A DNA stretch of 64,000 nt from Chitinophagaceae bacterium (GTDB lineage Bacteria; Bacteroidota; Bacteroidia; Chitinophagales; Chitinophagaceae). This document shows, piece by piece, positions 46,776 to 56,674 of the stretch. The DNA is taken from NCBI GenBank assembly GCA_044225015.1, contig JBGAJG010000002.1:62113-126112 (forward strand). The letters run 5' to 3'. The position numbers were made by a program, and so were the translations under genes. Under the pieces are notes generated by a model. That model saw nothing but the letters and a program-made list of their open reading frames with translations, made no database searches and was not told the origin of the DNA. Every line of letters starts with the position of its first letter. Within the stretch, counting starts at the first letter, position 1.

Positions 46776-46850
46776 GGAATGTGGGAATGTGGCAGTGCGG
46801 CAGTGCGGCAATTGAATTACCGCACTGCCGCATTGCCAAATTACCACATT
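46776..46850. repeat. Palindromic tandem-octamer element (RRTGYGGY family), about 36-nt arms
   Basis: GGAATGTG GGAATGTG GCAGTGCG GCAGTGCG GCAATT | GAATTACCGCACTGCCGCATTGCCAAATTACCACATT. Starts directly after the ppc stop. Confidence 0.85.
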
Positions 46851-46885
46851 AAAAAAGGGGAACATAGAAATGTTCCCCGTTGTTT
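46851..46885. terminator. Bidirectional terminator between ppc and the porin gene
   Basis: AAAAAA GGGGAACAT AGAA ATGTTCCCC GTTGTTT. Confidence 0.75.
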
Positions 46886-46907
46886 ATGACCCAACTTTGA
46901 CTGCTTG

Positions 46908-47993
46908 TCAAAACTTGTAAATTGCTGCGATCAGTGCGCTGGTATTCGATTTCAGCGGACCTCCTTCCTTGTCAAAGAAGACTTCCTTGGATGCAGACTC
47001 AAATCTGATCTCAGGGATGAAGGTGAATGGTCCGGCTTTGATATTCATAGACAATGTATTAGCCCATACAGATGCGCCTTCCGGGGCAAATGACATTGCT
47101 GCCAGTTGATTTTTGTCGTTGTGTATTTCAGAACGGAACGTCAGCCCAACAGTGGAACTGGGATCAAAGTTGAAGTAGCCGGCAGCACCCCACCAGTTCT
47201 TCGCATCCTCTTTAGCGGCAATAGCATCTTTCGTAACTACTTTCTTGCTCTGTACGGTTCCGTTAAAGCCCACGCTAAATTTACCACTCAGGGTAGCAGT
47301 GGCCACCAGGTCAATCTGGCGAACTTTTACCGAATCAAAGGTTTGACCTCCCACATAATTCAGGTATAGCTTTACATTCTCTGTGGCAGCCAGGCTGTAC
47401 TGGGCCAGAAGGAATTTCTTAGCTCCGGAAGGAGAGAATTTATAGTCGGTCTGGTTAGCTATTCCCAGCATGAATCCACTCTTGCCAGCGGTAGCTTCAG
47501 CTTTGATACCCGTGTGGAAGAAAGGACCGTAAGAAAACATGTAAGACATGCTGTAGTTCCTGTTGGCAGGAGCGTCTACCAGCTCATAGCCAACGTGGGT
47601 AGCCCAGCTACCCATGGTAAGCTTAAGCCAGTCTTTGGGGGAATAGGTTACATATAATTGCTTGATGGCCTGGGTAATACCATTGTCATTGTAGGAGAAT
47701 TCCTGTGCACGTTTGCCAAATCCGAGGTCAGCTACAAAACCTACCTTACCAATATTGTGTTCCAATTTGATGGAGGCCATACCCAGTTCAAAGGAGTTGT
47801 GGCTGTTGGTAAAGGATGTCCGGTTGTTAGCAGTGTTCTTGCTAAAATCATATCGGTAATAGGCATCTACAAATCCGGAGATGGTTGTAGGCTTTTTTTC
47901 TTCTTTCGCTGGCTCGGTGGCAGGGGTTTCCTGGGCAAAAAGGGGGCTCATGGCTGCTGTGGTAACAGCAGTTACAAATAGTTTTCTTAACAT
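46908..47993 (-). CDS. Outer-membrane beta-barrel porin
   Basis: 361 aa. Signal peptide, alternating beta pattern, C-terminal ..AAIYKF. Lies immediately downstream of amtB on the same strand. Confidence 0.7.
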   Translation of the reverse strand: MLRKLFVTAVTTAAMSPLFAQETPATEPAKEEKKPTTISGFVDAYYRYDFSKNTANNRTSFTNSHNSFELGMASIKLEHNIGKVGFVADLGFGKRAQEFSYNDNGITQAIKQLYVTYSPKDWLKLTMGSWATHVGYELVDAPANRNYSMSYMFSYGPFFHTGIKAEATAGKSGFMLGIANQTDYKFSPSGAKKFLLAQYSLAATENVKLYLNYVGGQTFDSVKVRQIDLVATATLSGKFSVGFNGTVQSKKVVTKDAIAAKEDAKNWWGAAGYFNFDPSSTVGLTFRSEIHNDKNQLAAMSFAPEGASVWANTLSMNIKAGPFTFIPEIRFESASKEVFFDKEGGPLKSNTSALIAAIYKF

Positions 47994-48044
47994 TGTAATG
48001 CTTTTTAGTTCTGAATGAAAAAGGTACGGTGAAGAATCAGCTTG

Positions 48045-49463
48045 TTATTCCACAACAAGCTCTTCTACTGTGCCTTTTTCGATTTTGATCTCCTTATCTT
48101 TTTCACCTTTCTTGTGCAGGATCAGTGTACCCTGAACATAGGCTTCGTTATGCTGTGAAGCATCCAGTCCGCGTTCTTCGTCTTCAGAAGAAACACGCAA
48201 AGGCGAGATGAAATTGATGAATTTGAAAATGGCATAGGATACTACAAAGCTGTATCCCACCGCTATTGCCATGGCTTTCAGCTGCGTGACAAAAAATGAA
48301 GGGTTACCATACAGTAAACCATCATTGCCTGCGCTGTTGACGGCTTTGGTGGCAAACACACCGGTAAGCACCATACCTACCATACCACCCAGACCGTGGC
48401 AGGGGAATACGTCCAGTGTGTCATCCAGTTTGGATTTTTGTTTATAGTATACTGCAACATTGGAGATGATTGCGGCAACCACACCAATAAAAATACTCTG
48501 CGGGATGGCTACAAAACCAGCACCTGGCGTGATGGCAACCAGACCAACCACGGCACCGATGCAGAAGCCGAGTACGGATGGTTTTTTACCTTTCATGACA
48601 TCAAAGAACATCCAGGACAGACCGGCGGCAGCGGCTGCAGTATTGGTAGTGGCAAACGCAGATACTGAAAGGGCATTTGCACCCAGTGCAGAACCAGCGT
48701 TGAAGCCAAACCAGCCAAACCATAAAAGGCCCGTGCCAATCAGAACATAAGGAACGTTGGCGGGAGGGATCTCGGTCCCTTCAATATGGGCTTTGCGACG
48801 CTTCAATACCATAGCGCCAGCCAGGGCAGCGCAACCTGCAGAGATGTGCACCACGGTTCCTCCGGCAAAGTCAAGGGCACCCATTTTAAACAGGAATCCC
48901 TCGGGATGCCAGCTCCAGTGGGCAAGGGGAGCGTACACCAGTATACTGAAGAGGACTGTGAACAGGATGTAGGAAGTAAACCTGATCCTTTCTGCAACGG
49001 CACCTACTACAAGACCGGGTGTGATGATGGCGAACATGAGCTGGAAGAGGGCAAATAATGTTTTTGGAATAGTTGGGGCAAGGCTCCAGGGTTCACCAGA
49101 ATTGACACCTTTAAAGAACAGGTGGGTAGAAGGACTGCCGATGAATCCACCAATGGAGTCACCGAACGCGAGGCTGTAACCAACGGTTACCCAAATGATG
49201 CTGACCACACCGGCAGCTACCACAGATTTGATCATGGTAGAGATCACGTTTTTGCGGTGAACCATGCCACCATAGAAAAACGCGAGACCGGGTGTCATCA
49301 AAAAGACCAGGGCGGTTGCAACAATAATCCAACCGATATCGGCCGCATTATAGGCTTTTCCACCATCGTCGAAATTTGGAAGGGAGGGAACAAAAATTGC
49401 GGCAATCGCAATTGAAGCCAGCAGTACAAAGGGAAGGGCTTCTTTTAATCCAATTTTCTTCAT
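48045..49463 (-). CDS. amtB: Ammonium transporter (Amt family) with a C-terminal extension
   Basis: 472 aa, about 11 TM helices. Amt signature DFAGGTVVHISAG. Roughly 60 aa of charged C-terminal tail. Confidence 0.92.
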   Translation of the reverse strand: MKKIGLKEALPFVLLASIAIAAIFVPSLPNFDDGGKAYNAADIGWIIVATALVFLMTPGLAFFYGGMVHRKNVISTMIKSVVAAGVVSIIWVTVGYSLAFGDSIGGFIGSPSTHLFFKGVNSGEPWSLAPTIPKTLFALFQLMFAIITPGLVVGAVAERIRFTSYILFTVLFSILVYAPLAHWSWHPEGFLFKMGALDFAGGTVVHISAGCAALAGAMVLKRRKAHIEGTEIPPANVPYVLIGTGLLWFGWFGFNAGSALGANALSVSAFATTNTAAAAAGLSWMFFDVMKGKKPSVLGFCIGAVVGLVAITPGAGFVAIPQSIFIGVVAAIISNVAVYYKQKSKLDDTLDVFPCHGLGGMVGMVLTGVFATKAVNSAGNDGLLYGNPSFFVTQLKAMAIAVGYSFVVSYAIFKFINFISPLRVSSEDEERGLDASQHNEAYVQGTLILHKKGEKDKEIKIEKGTVEELVVE

Positions 49464-49705
49464 AGTTGTTTGTTTTGGCTAAAATCTATTGACATCACAA
49501 TATTAGTGCAGAAAACTCTAAAAAGTAACCCCTCAACGTAGTAATTTTAAACATAGAAAAAAATATAATATGATGTGAAAATTGGCTTATTCTTGTCGTA
49601 AAAATCTGTAATTCAGATAGTTAAAACCTGTTCTATGCCATTGTTAAGAAATTGTAACCAAAAATAAAATCTGGATAAATCAACATATATAAAAATATAT
49701 AATAC

Positions 49706-49731
49706 AAAAGCCCCCAAATCTGGGGGCTTTT
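49706..49731 (-). terminator. Rho-independent terminator after gltD
   Basis: Minus strand reads AAAAGCCCCCA GATT TGGGGGCTTTTG. Confidence 0.7.
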
Positions 49732-49756
49732 GCCTGTTGGTATGTAAAAATTGGGT

Positions 49757-51262
49757 CTATCGATACAGTTCCAGCATACTCCTGTCTTTGCTTTCCAGTT
49801 TGGATGATCCGGTAAGGTATTCATCCACTGAGCGGGCGCATTCCCTGCCTTCACTGATGGCCCAAACCACCAGCGATTGGCCACGGCGCATATCACCACA
49901 GGTGAAGATCTTTGAAATGCTGGTTTTATAGTCTTTTTCAGTGGCCTGCACATTACCCCTTGTATCCAGTTCCACACCCAGTTCCTGGATCATGCCGGCA
50001 TGTTGCGGGTGCACAAATCCCATCGCCAGAAAAGCTAGGTCGCAGGGGATTTCCCGCTCAGAGCCTTCTACTTCTACAAAGCTGGAAGGCCGCCCGTCTT
50101 CTGCACTCTTCCATTCCAGGTCCGCAATCTTTAACGCCTTCAGCCTGCCCTGTTCGTCGCCAATAAATGCTTTGGTGGTCACTGCCCATTGGCGCTCACA
50201 ACCTTCTTCATGGGAAGAGGAGGTCTTCAAAACCATGGGGTAGGTGGGCCAGGGCATATGTTGGGACCTTCCTACGGGAGGCTTGGGCATTAATTCAAAT
50301 TGCGTCACCAGCGCTGCTCCATGGCGGTTGGATGTACCTACACAATCACTTCCCGTATCACCACCACCAATCACCACCACTTTCTTGCCATTGGCATGAA
50401 TATGCTGAGGTGCAATATTGCTTTCAAGCCCTGCATTATGGAAAGGATCGATACCGGCAACGCGTTTGTTTTGCTGCTTAAGGAATTCCATGGCAAAATG
50501 TACACCCTCCAATTCGCGGCCCGGAATAGGAAGATCGCGGGGTGAGGTGGATCCTCCGGCCAGTACAATGGCATTGTATTCCCGAAGCAGGTCATTGATG
50601 CTTACATTCACGCCCACATTGGCGTTGCATTTAAAACTGATGCCTTCTTCTTCCAACAGCGCCACCCTTCTGTCTATCACCCATTTCTCCAGTTTGAAAT
50701 CAGGAATGCCATACCGCAACAATCCCCCGGGCTTATCGTCACGCTCGTACACCGTCACCAGGTGCCCTGCCTGATTAAGCTGAGCCGCGGCAGCCAGGCC
50801 CGCTGGTCCTGAACCTATCACGGCCACTTTCTTACCTGAGCGTACATTGGGCTTCTTTGCTTTGACCAATCCTTTGTCAAAAGCGATCTCGATAATATGT
50901 TTTTCGATTTCCTCGATGGTGATCGCAGGCTGGTTGATGCCCAATACGCAGGCTGATTCACAGGGGGCCGGACAGATCCTGCCGGTGAACTCCGGGAAAT
51001 TGTTGGTAGAGGATAGAATATCATACGCCTCTTTCCAGCTCTTGCGAAAAACGGCATCATTAAATTCAGGGATCACATTACCCAGGGGGCAGCCGTTATG
51101 GCAAAACGGTACACCACAATTCATGCAACGTGCCGCCTGCTGGTTCAGTTTTTCATCACTGTATCGCTGAACAAATTCGTGATAATTTTTGAGTCTTTCT
51201 TCCACCGGAGTCTTGGCAGGCAGTTCCCTGCTGAACTCCATGAATCCTGTAATCTTACCCAT
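49757..51262 (-). CDS. gltD: Glutamate synthase small subunit
   Basis: 501 aa. N-terminal Fe-S Cys clusters (CMNCGVPFC, CPLGN) and VAVIGSGPAGLAAA dinucleotide fold. Confidence 0.95.
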   Translation of the reverse strand: MGKITGFMEFSRELPAKTPVEERLKNYHEFVQRYSDEKLNQQAARCMNCGVPFCHNGCPLGNVIPEFNDAVFRKSWKEAYDILSSTNNFPEFTGRICPAPCESACVLGINQPAITIEEIEKHIIEIAFDKGLVKAKKPNVRSGKKVAVIGSGPAGLAAAAQLNQAGHLVTVYERDDKPGGLLRYGIPDFKLEKWVIDRRVALLEEEGISFKCNANVGVNVSINDLLREYNAIVLAGGSTSPRDLPIPGRELEGVHFAMEFLKQQNKRVAGIDPFHNAGLESNIAPQHIHANGKKVVVIGGGDTGSDCVGTSNRHGAALVTQFELMPKPPVGRSQHMPWPTYPMVLKTSSSHEEGCERQWAVTTKAFIGDEQGRLKALKIADLEWKSAEDGRPSSFVEVEGSEREIPCDLAFLAMGFVHPQHAGMIQELGVELDTRGNVQATEKDYKTSISKIFTCGDMRRGQSLVVWAISEGRECARSVDEYLTGSSKLESKDRSMLELYR

Positions 51263-51288
51263 ATCTGAATGATAATGCTGTTATTGAA

Positions 51289-54200
51289 TTAATGACTGGC
51301 TACACCCTGTGCTGATGATTTTGCTGTAAGCGCTTTTTTGTAATCCCTCGGAAACACTTTTACAAAATGTTTGAGCTGGGCCTCAAAATCATCCAGGATG
51401 TATTTGGCTACGGCACTGCCGGTATATCCATAGTGTTCCTGGATCAGGGTCTTCAGCTCCATGGCGCTTTCTGCATCCACTGGATCCAGGTCAACCATCT
51501 CGCGGTTGCAGTTGCCTGCAAATGACGCATGAAGATCATATACGTATGCAATGCCGCCGCTCATACCCGCAGCAAAATTTCTTCCTGTTTCTCCGAGAAT
51601 AACCGCGCGGCCCCCGGTCATATATTCACATCCATGGTCGCCTACGCCTTCTACCACGGCCTGGGCACCGGAATTGCGGACACAGAATCTTTCACCTGCC
51701 TTTCCCCTGATGTAGGCCTTACCACTGGTGGCGCCATAAAAAGCAACGTTGCCGATGAGGATGTTCTTCTCCGGAACAAAGGCGGCACTATGGTCTGGAT
51801 ATACGATCAGTTTTGCACCACTCAGGCCCTTCCCGAAATAGTCATTGGCATCGCCCTCCAGCTCATGGGTAATACCATGGGTATTGAAGGCTGCAAAACT
51901 TTGCCCTGCAGTCCCCCTATACTTAAAATGGATGGTGTCTTCGGCCAGTCCGGCCTCACGGTATTTTTTAGTGATCTCATTGGATAAAATGGTGCCTGTG
52001 GTGCGGTCGGTATTTTTTATATCGAAGCTGGCATGCACCCTGTAACCTTGTTCCAATGCGGGTTGCGCGGCCTGCAAGAGTTTCCAGTCCAGCACTGAAG
52101 CCAGGCCATGGTCCTGTTCTTCCTGTTTGTACAGTCCTGTGTACAGGGAAGTAGGTTCTTTGTAAAGGACTGGTTGAAGGTTAAGCCCCTTGAATTTCCA
52201 GTGTGCAATATTTTCTTTCTGTACAAGATTGTCTACCTGCCCCACCATTTCGTGGATGGTGCGGAATCCCAGCTCGGCCATGATTTCCCGAAGTTCCTGG
52301 GTAAGGAACTTGATGAAGTTGACCACATAGTCCGCCGCGCCATTGAAACGTTTACGAAGGTCAGGATCCTGCGTGGCCACGCCCACGGGGCAGGTGTTGA
52401 GATGGCATTTGCGCATCATGATACAGCCTTCCACCACCAGTGCAGCGGTGGCAACGCCCCATTCTTCGGCACCCAGCAGTGTGGCTATAGCGATGTCCCG
52501 GCCTGTTTTCAGCTGGCCATCTGTTTGCAGTACCACACGGCTCCGCAGTTTATTTTTCACCAGTGTCTGCTGGGCTTCAGCGAGGCCCAGTTCCCAGGGA
52601 AGGCCCGCATGTTTGATGGAGCTGATAGGGGATGCACCCGTACCGCCATCAAAACCAGAGACCAGGATCACATCGGCTTTGGCTTTGGCAACACCCGCTG
52701 CAATTGTGCCCACACCCGCCTTTGATACCAGCTTCACACTGATACGGGCAGCGCGGTTGGCATTCTTCAGGTCAAAAATTAACTGTGCAAGATCCTCGAT
52801 GGAATAAATATCATGGTGTGGGGGAGGAGAGATCAAACCCACGCCTGGCGTGGAATGCCTTACTTTACCGATCCATTCATCCACTTTATGCCCGGGCAGC
52901 TGGCCGCCTTCTCCGGGCTTGGCACCCTGCGCCATCTTGATCTGCAATTCATCGGCTTCAGTGAGGTAGAGACTGGTAACCCCAAACCTCGCGGAGGCAA
53001 CCTGCTTGATGGAAGATCGCATAGAATCTCCATTGGCCAGCCGTTGGTATCTTGCTTCGTCTTCACCACCTTCACCGGTGTTGCTTTTTGCACCCAACCT
53101 GTTCATGGCTATGGCCAGGGTAGTATGAGCTTCCCAGGAGATCGATCCAAAACTCATGGCGCCTGTAGCAAATCGCTTATAAATATTTTCTGCGGGTTCT
53201 ACCTCATCAATACTGATCGCTGTCCTCGTTCTCCTGAATTCAAGAAGGCTGCGCAAGGTGCAGGCTTTATCTGCCTGGTCATTGACGAGCTTGGAATATT
53301 TCTTGAACACGCTGAAATCATTGGTCCTCGTGGAATGTTGCAGCAGGTGGATCGTCTGCGGATTGAAGAGATGGAATTCGCCTTTCCTCTTCCATTGGTA
53401 AACACCACCCACGGGTAAGCGATCTACGGGAATGTCTTTCCTGGAGAAAGCCACTTCATGTTTGATCAGCACTTCCCGGGCCACCTCATCAAGGCCCATA
53501 CCTTCAATCCTGGATACGGCACCGGTAAAGTATTTATCCACCACTTCACGGTTCAGGCCGATGATCTCAAAGATCTGTGCACCCTGGTAACTCTGCAAAG
53601 TAGAGATGCCCATCTTGGAGAATACTTTCAGCAGTCCGTCACAAACTGCCTTGATATAATTCTTTTTTAATTGTTCCGCATCCAGGTCCTTGCCCAGTTT
53701 ACCGGCCTGCTTCAGCGCCCTGATGGAACTCAGTGCCAGATAGGGATTGATGGCCGTAGCGCCAAACCCGATGAGGCAAGCAAAATGATGTACTTCCCAT
53801 ACATCACCGGCTTCCACCACTATGCCTACTTTTCCGCGAAGTCCTTTACGGATGAGGTGATGATGAACGGCTGCCGTTGCCAGCAATGATGGAATAGGTG
53901 CATGGTCTGAGTCTATGGCCCTGTCTTGCAGGATCAATACTTCAAATCCGTCTTCCACCGCATCCACCGCATAACGGCATACCCTGTCCAGCGCTTTTTT
54001 TAAGGAGCCTGGATTTCCATCCGCACGGAAATAACATTGTAAAGTCTTGGCCTGGAAGATACCGGTGTCAATGCTCCGGATTTTTTCCAGGTCATAGTTA
54101 CTGAGTACGGGATTTTTCAACGCAACCGTGTGACAGGCCAGGGGTAATTCGTTGAGCAGGTTCCCGTTGTTACCTACAAAGGTAGCCAGCGACATCACGA

Positions 54201-55815
54201 GTCTTTCCCGGATGGGATCGATGGGCGGATTGGTGACCTGTGCAAATAGTTGTTTGAAATAGTTGCTCAGGTGCTGGGGCTGATCACTCAATACTGCCAG
54301 GGGTACATCGGTGCCCATAGAACCAATCGGTTCCTTCCCTTCTTCCGCCATGGGAGCGATAATGGTCTCCAGGTCTTCCGTGGTATAGCCAAATGCTTTT
54401 TGGTATTTGAATACCTGTTCTTCTTCAAGATGGGTAAACATGACCCTTGGTTCCGGAAGTTCATTCAGGCGGATCTTGTATTTATTCAGCCACTCTTCAT
54501 AGGGCTTGCGGGAGCAGATATCTTTCTTCAATTCTTCATCGCTGATGATGCGGCCCTGTTCAAGATCAACCACAAACATTTTTCCGGGCTGGAGCCGGCC
54601 TTTTTCAATGACGAGCGACTGATCTACAGGCAGGGCGCCGGTTTCAGAAGCCATGATCACGCGGTCATCACTGGTCACGCAATACCGTGAAGGCCTGAGT
54701 CCGTTCCTGTCCAGTGTTGCGCCAATGATCTTTCCGTCTGTAAATGAAATAGACGCAGGTCCGTCCCAGGGTTCCATGAAAGAGGCATGGAATTCATAAA
54801 ATGCTTTTTTGTGCGCTTCCATGTCTTCGTTGCCGTCCCAGGCTTCCGGGATGAGCATCATCATCACGTGCGGCAGTGATCTTCCCGTGAGGGTGAGCAG
54901 CTCAATCATATTGTCAAGGCTGGCGGAGTCAGACTGCCCTTCTGTTACAATGGGTAACAGCATTTCCATTTCTTCTTTGGAGAAATAGGGCGATGTGAAT
55001 CCTTTCTCGCTGGTGCGTAACCAGTTAAGATTACCCTGCAGGGTGTTGATTTCGCCGTTATGTGCGATGTAACGGAACGGTTGTGCCAGTTTCCAGGAAG
55101 GGAAAGTGTTGGTGGCAAACCTGGAGTGTACCAGTCCGTATGCACTCACCACCCGCTTGTTGCTCAGGTCAGGAAAATACTGGCGCACCTGGTGGCTGGT
55201 AAGCTGGCCTTTATACACAACGGTCTTGTAAGAAAGGGATGCTATATAAAATCCAATGGCATCTTTTCTTACGGTATTGTTGATGAGGTTGCTGGAGTAG
55301 TTGCGAAGGACAAAAAGCTTTCTTTCAAAAACAAGTGGATCTGTTACATGGTCAGGACAGGCAATAAATACCTGTTCCATATCTGGTTCAACGGATAATG
55401 CCGTGGGGCCGATGCCTGAAGGATTCACCGGTACCCGGCGCCAGGCAAGGATCTCCAGTCCCAGCTTCTCTGCAGCACGGATGAAGATATCCCTGCATTC
55501 CTCCCGAAGTTTCAGTTCTTTGGGAAAAAAGATCATGCCCACCGCATAGCGGCCAAAGGAGGGGAGATGCACACCCAGTTTCAGGCATTCTTCGAAGAAA
55601 AACTCATGGGGAACCTGGATCTGGATACCCGCACCATCACCCGTATTGGCTTCGCATCCGCAGGCACCACGATGCTCCATATTCTCAAGAATAGTGAGCG
55701 CGTCAGATACAATCTTGTGGCTTTTGTTACTCTTTATATTGGCTACAAATCCTATCCCGCAGGCATCACGTTCAAATTCAGGACGGTATAATCCCATGTT
55801 GCTTGTCATTTGCAT
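51289..55815 (-). CDS. gltB: Glutamate synthase large subunit
   Basis: 1508 aa. N-terminal amidotransferase CGIGF, FMN-binding domain and C-terminal GXGXG domains. Confidence 0.97.
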   Translation of the reverse strand: MQMTSNMGLYRPEFERDACGIGFVANIKSNKSHKIVSDALTILENMEHRGACGCEANTGDGAGIQIQVPHEFFFEECLKLGVHLPSFGRYAVGMIFFPKELKLREECRDIFIRAAEKLGLEILAWRRVPVNPSGIGPTALSVEPDMEQVFIACPDHVTDPLVFERKLFVLRNYSSNLINNTVRKDAIGFYIASLSYKTVVYKGQLTSHQVRQYFPDLSNKRVVSAYGLVHSRFATNTFPSWKLAQPFRYIAHNGEINTLQGNLNWLRTSEKGFTSPYFSKEEMEMLLPIVTEGQSDSASLDNMIELLTLTGRSLPHVMMMLIPEAWDGNEDMEAHKKAFYEFHASFMEPWDGPASISFTDGKIIGATLDRNGLRPSRYCVTSDDRVIMASETGALPVDQSLVIEKGRLQPGKMFVVDLEQGRIISDEELKKDICSRKPYEEWLNKYKIRLNELPEPRVMFTHLEEEQVFKYQKAFGYTTEDLETIIAPMAEEGKEPIGSMGTDVPLAVLSDQPQHLSNYFKQLFAQVTNPPIDPIRERLVMSLATFVGNNGNLLNELPLACHTVALKNPVLSNYDLEKIRSIDTGIFQAKTLQCYFRADGNPGSLKKALDRVCRYAVDAVEDGFEVLILQDRAIDSDHAPIPSLLATAAVHHHLIRKGLRGKVGIVVEAGDVWEVHHFACLIGFGATAINPYLALSSIRALKQAGKLGKDLDAEQLKKNYIKAVCDGLLKVFSKMGISTLQSYQGAQIFEIIGLNREVVDKYFTGAVSRIEGMGLDEVAREVLIKHEVAFSRKDIPVDRLPVGGVYQWKRKGEFHLFNPQTIHLLQHSTRTNDFSVFKKYSKLVNDQADKACTLRSLLEFRRTRTAISIDEVEPAENIYKRFATGAMSFGSISWEAHTTLAIAMNRLGAKSNTGEGGEDEARYQRLANGDSMRSSIKQVASARFGVTSLYLTEADELQIKMAQGAKPGEGGQLPGHKVDEWIGKVRHSTPGVGLISPPPHHDIYSIEDLAQLIFDLKNANRAARISVKLVSKAGVGTIAAGVAKAKADVILVSGFDGGTGASPISSIKHAGLPWELGLAEAQQTLVKNKLRSRVVLQTDGQLKTGRDIAIATLLGAEEWGVATAALVVEGCIMMRKCHLNTCPVGVATQDPDLRKRFNGAADYVVNFIKFLTQELREIMAELGFRTIHEMVGQVDNLVQKENIAHWKFKGLNLQPVLYKEPTSLYTGLYKQEEQDHGLASVLDWKLLQAAQPALEQGYRVHASFDIKNTDRTTGTILSNEITKKYREAGLAEDTIHFKYRGTAGQSFAAFNTHGITHELEGDANDYFGKGLSGAKLIVYPDHSAAFVPEKNILIGNVAFYGATSGKAYIRGKAGERFCVRNSGAQAVVEGVGDHGCEYMTGGRAVILGETGRNFAAGMSGGIAYVYDLHASFAGNCNREMVDLDPVDAESAMELKTLIQEHYGYTGSAVAKYILDDFEAQLKHFVKVFPRDYKKALTAKSSAQGVASH

Positions 55816-55917
55816 GAAGCAGTTTTTAGAAATAATTCAATAAAAAATGGAATTCAATAGACGGATTTCAAGATCCACGACAAGCAATGATCTAATTTAC
55901 GAAACAAACACCAAAAA

Positions 55918-56031
55918 CTAACAATTAACAATAAACAATTAGCAATTAGCAATTGGCACTAGTTATTAAAGTCTAGTCTTTAATATCTAGTGCCAATTGC
56001 CAATTGCTAATTGTTATTTGTTAATTACTAG
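55918..56031. repeat. Large palindromic tandem-heptamer element (CAATTRR family), 45-nt arms
   Basis: Left arm CTAACAATTAACAATAAACAATTAGCAATTAGCAATTGGCACTAG. The right arm is its inverse with 40/45 matches. The 25-nt centre is itself a palindrome (ATTAAAG..CTTTAAT). The right arm contains the stop codon of gene 56028-56396. Confidence 0.85.
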
Positions 56032-56396
56032 TTCAGATATTCTCCGGCATCACGGATGGCTCCGTTCTGTTCAAAATAGGCGAGTTCAGCATCCAGGATT
56101 TCTATGAGGTCAGACTCTGGCATGTCCAGGTCATTGTGGTGGGTCTGGAGAAGGATGTAATCCCTTAGTTTTTGTTCGTCAATTTCTATGGGAAACTCAC
56201 AAATGGATTCATCGGGAATATGCTGACTGCAGATATCATAGTATTCATCTTTGATCTCCAGGATGAGCATCACATCTTCCCAGGTGTATTTGAACCTGAT
56301 ATGATTGGGAAGATTTTTAAATATTACCTCAACAGCGTCGTCAAAACAATAATAGAACGTTCCGTTATTCTCGTTAAAGAGCGTTTGATCAAGCAT
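56028..56396 (-). CDS. Hypothetical small highly acidic protein
   Basis: Probable start MLDQTLF at 56396 (track start 56450). 122 aa, D/E-rich, with no recognisable motif. Confidence 0.5.
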   Translation of the reverse strand: MLDQTLFNENNGTFYYCFDDAVEVIFKNLPNHIRFKYTWEDVMLILEIKDEYYDICSQHIPDESICEFPIEIDEQKLRDYILLQTHHNDLDMPESDLIEILDAELAYFEQNGAIRDAGEYLN

Positions 56397-56616
56397 AGCC
56401 AGCACTTTTTTAGATCGTATTAAATGACCTCCTGTGTTTGGGAGAAGCACCGGTTTTTAAAGCATTGGATTAGTCAGTAAAGGAAGGGGAAACGCAGATA
56501 TCGGTTCAATAAAATTAGCATTGTTGTGTGCATTTTTTTCAATTGTGCATATATTTTTTTTGGCCTATGATAATCAATCAACTGTGTGAAGCGCGCGTGT
56601 GGATTAGTGTGATTTC

Positions 56617-56649
56617 AAAAAAACACCTGTGATTTTTCAATCACAGGTG
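56617..56649 (-). terminator. Rho-independent terminator ending the ilv operon
   Basis: 11-bp perfect stem CACCTGTGATT / AATCACAGGTG followed by TTTTTTT on the minus strand. Confidence 0.75.
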
Positions 56650-56674
56650 CAGCAGTACATGGTTGTTTGGGTCA

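Noticed and set aside
51529-55398. Numerous 60-205-aa antisense or off-frame ORFs inside gltB, with similar ORFs inside rpoB, thrA, ilvB, ilvD and amtB
   Set aside because: The opposite or other frame encodes full-length, strongly recognisable housekeeping proteins. The shadow ORFs have skewed composition and no independent signals.
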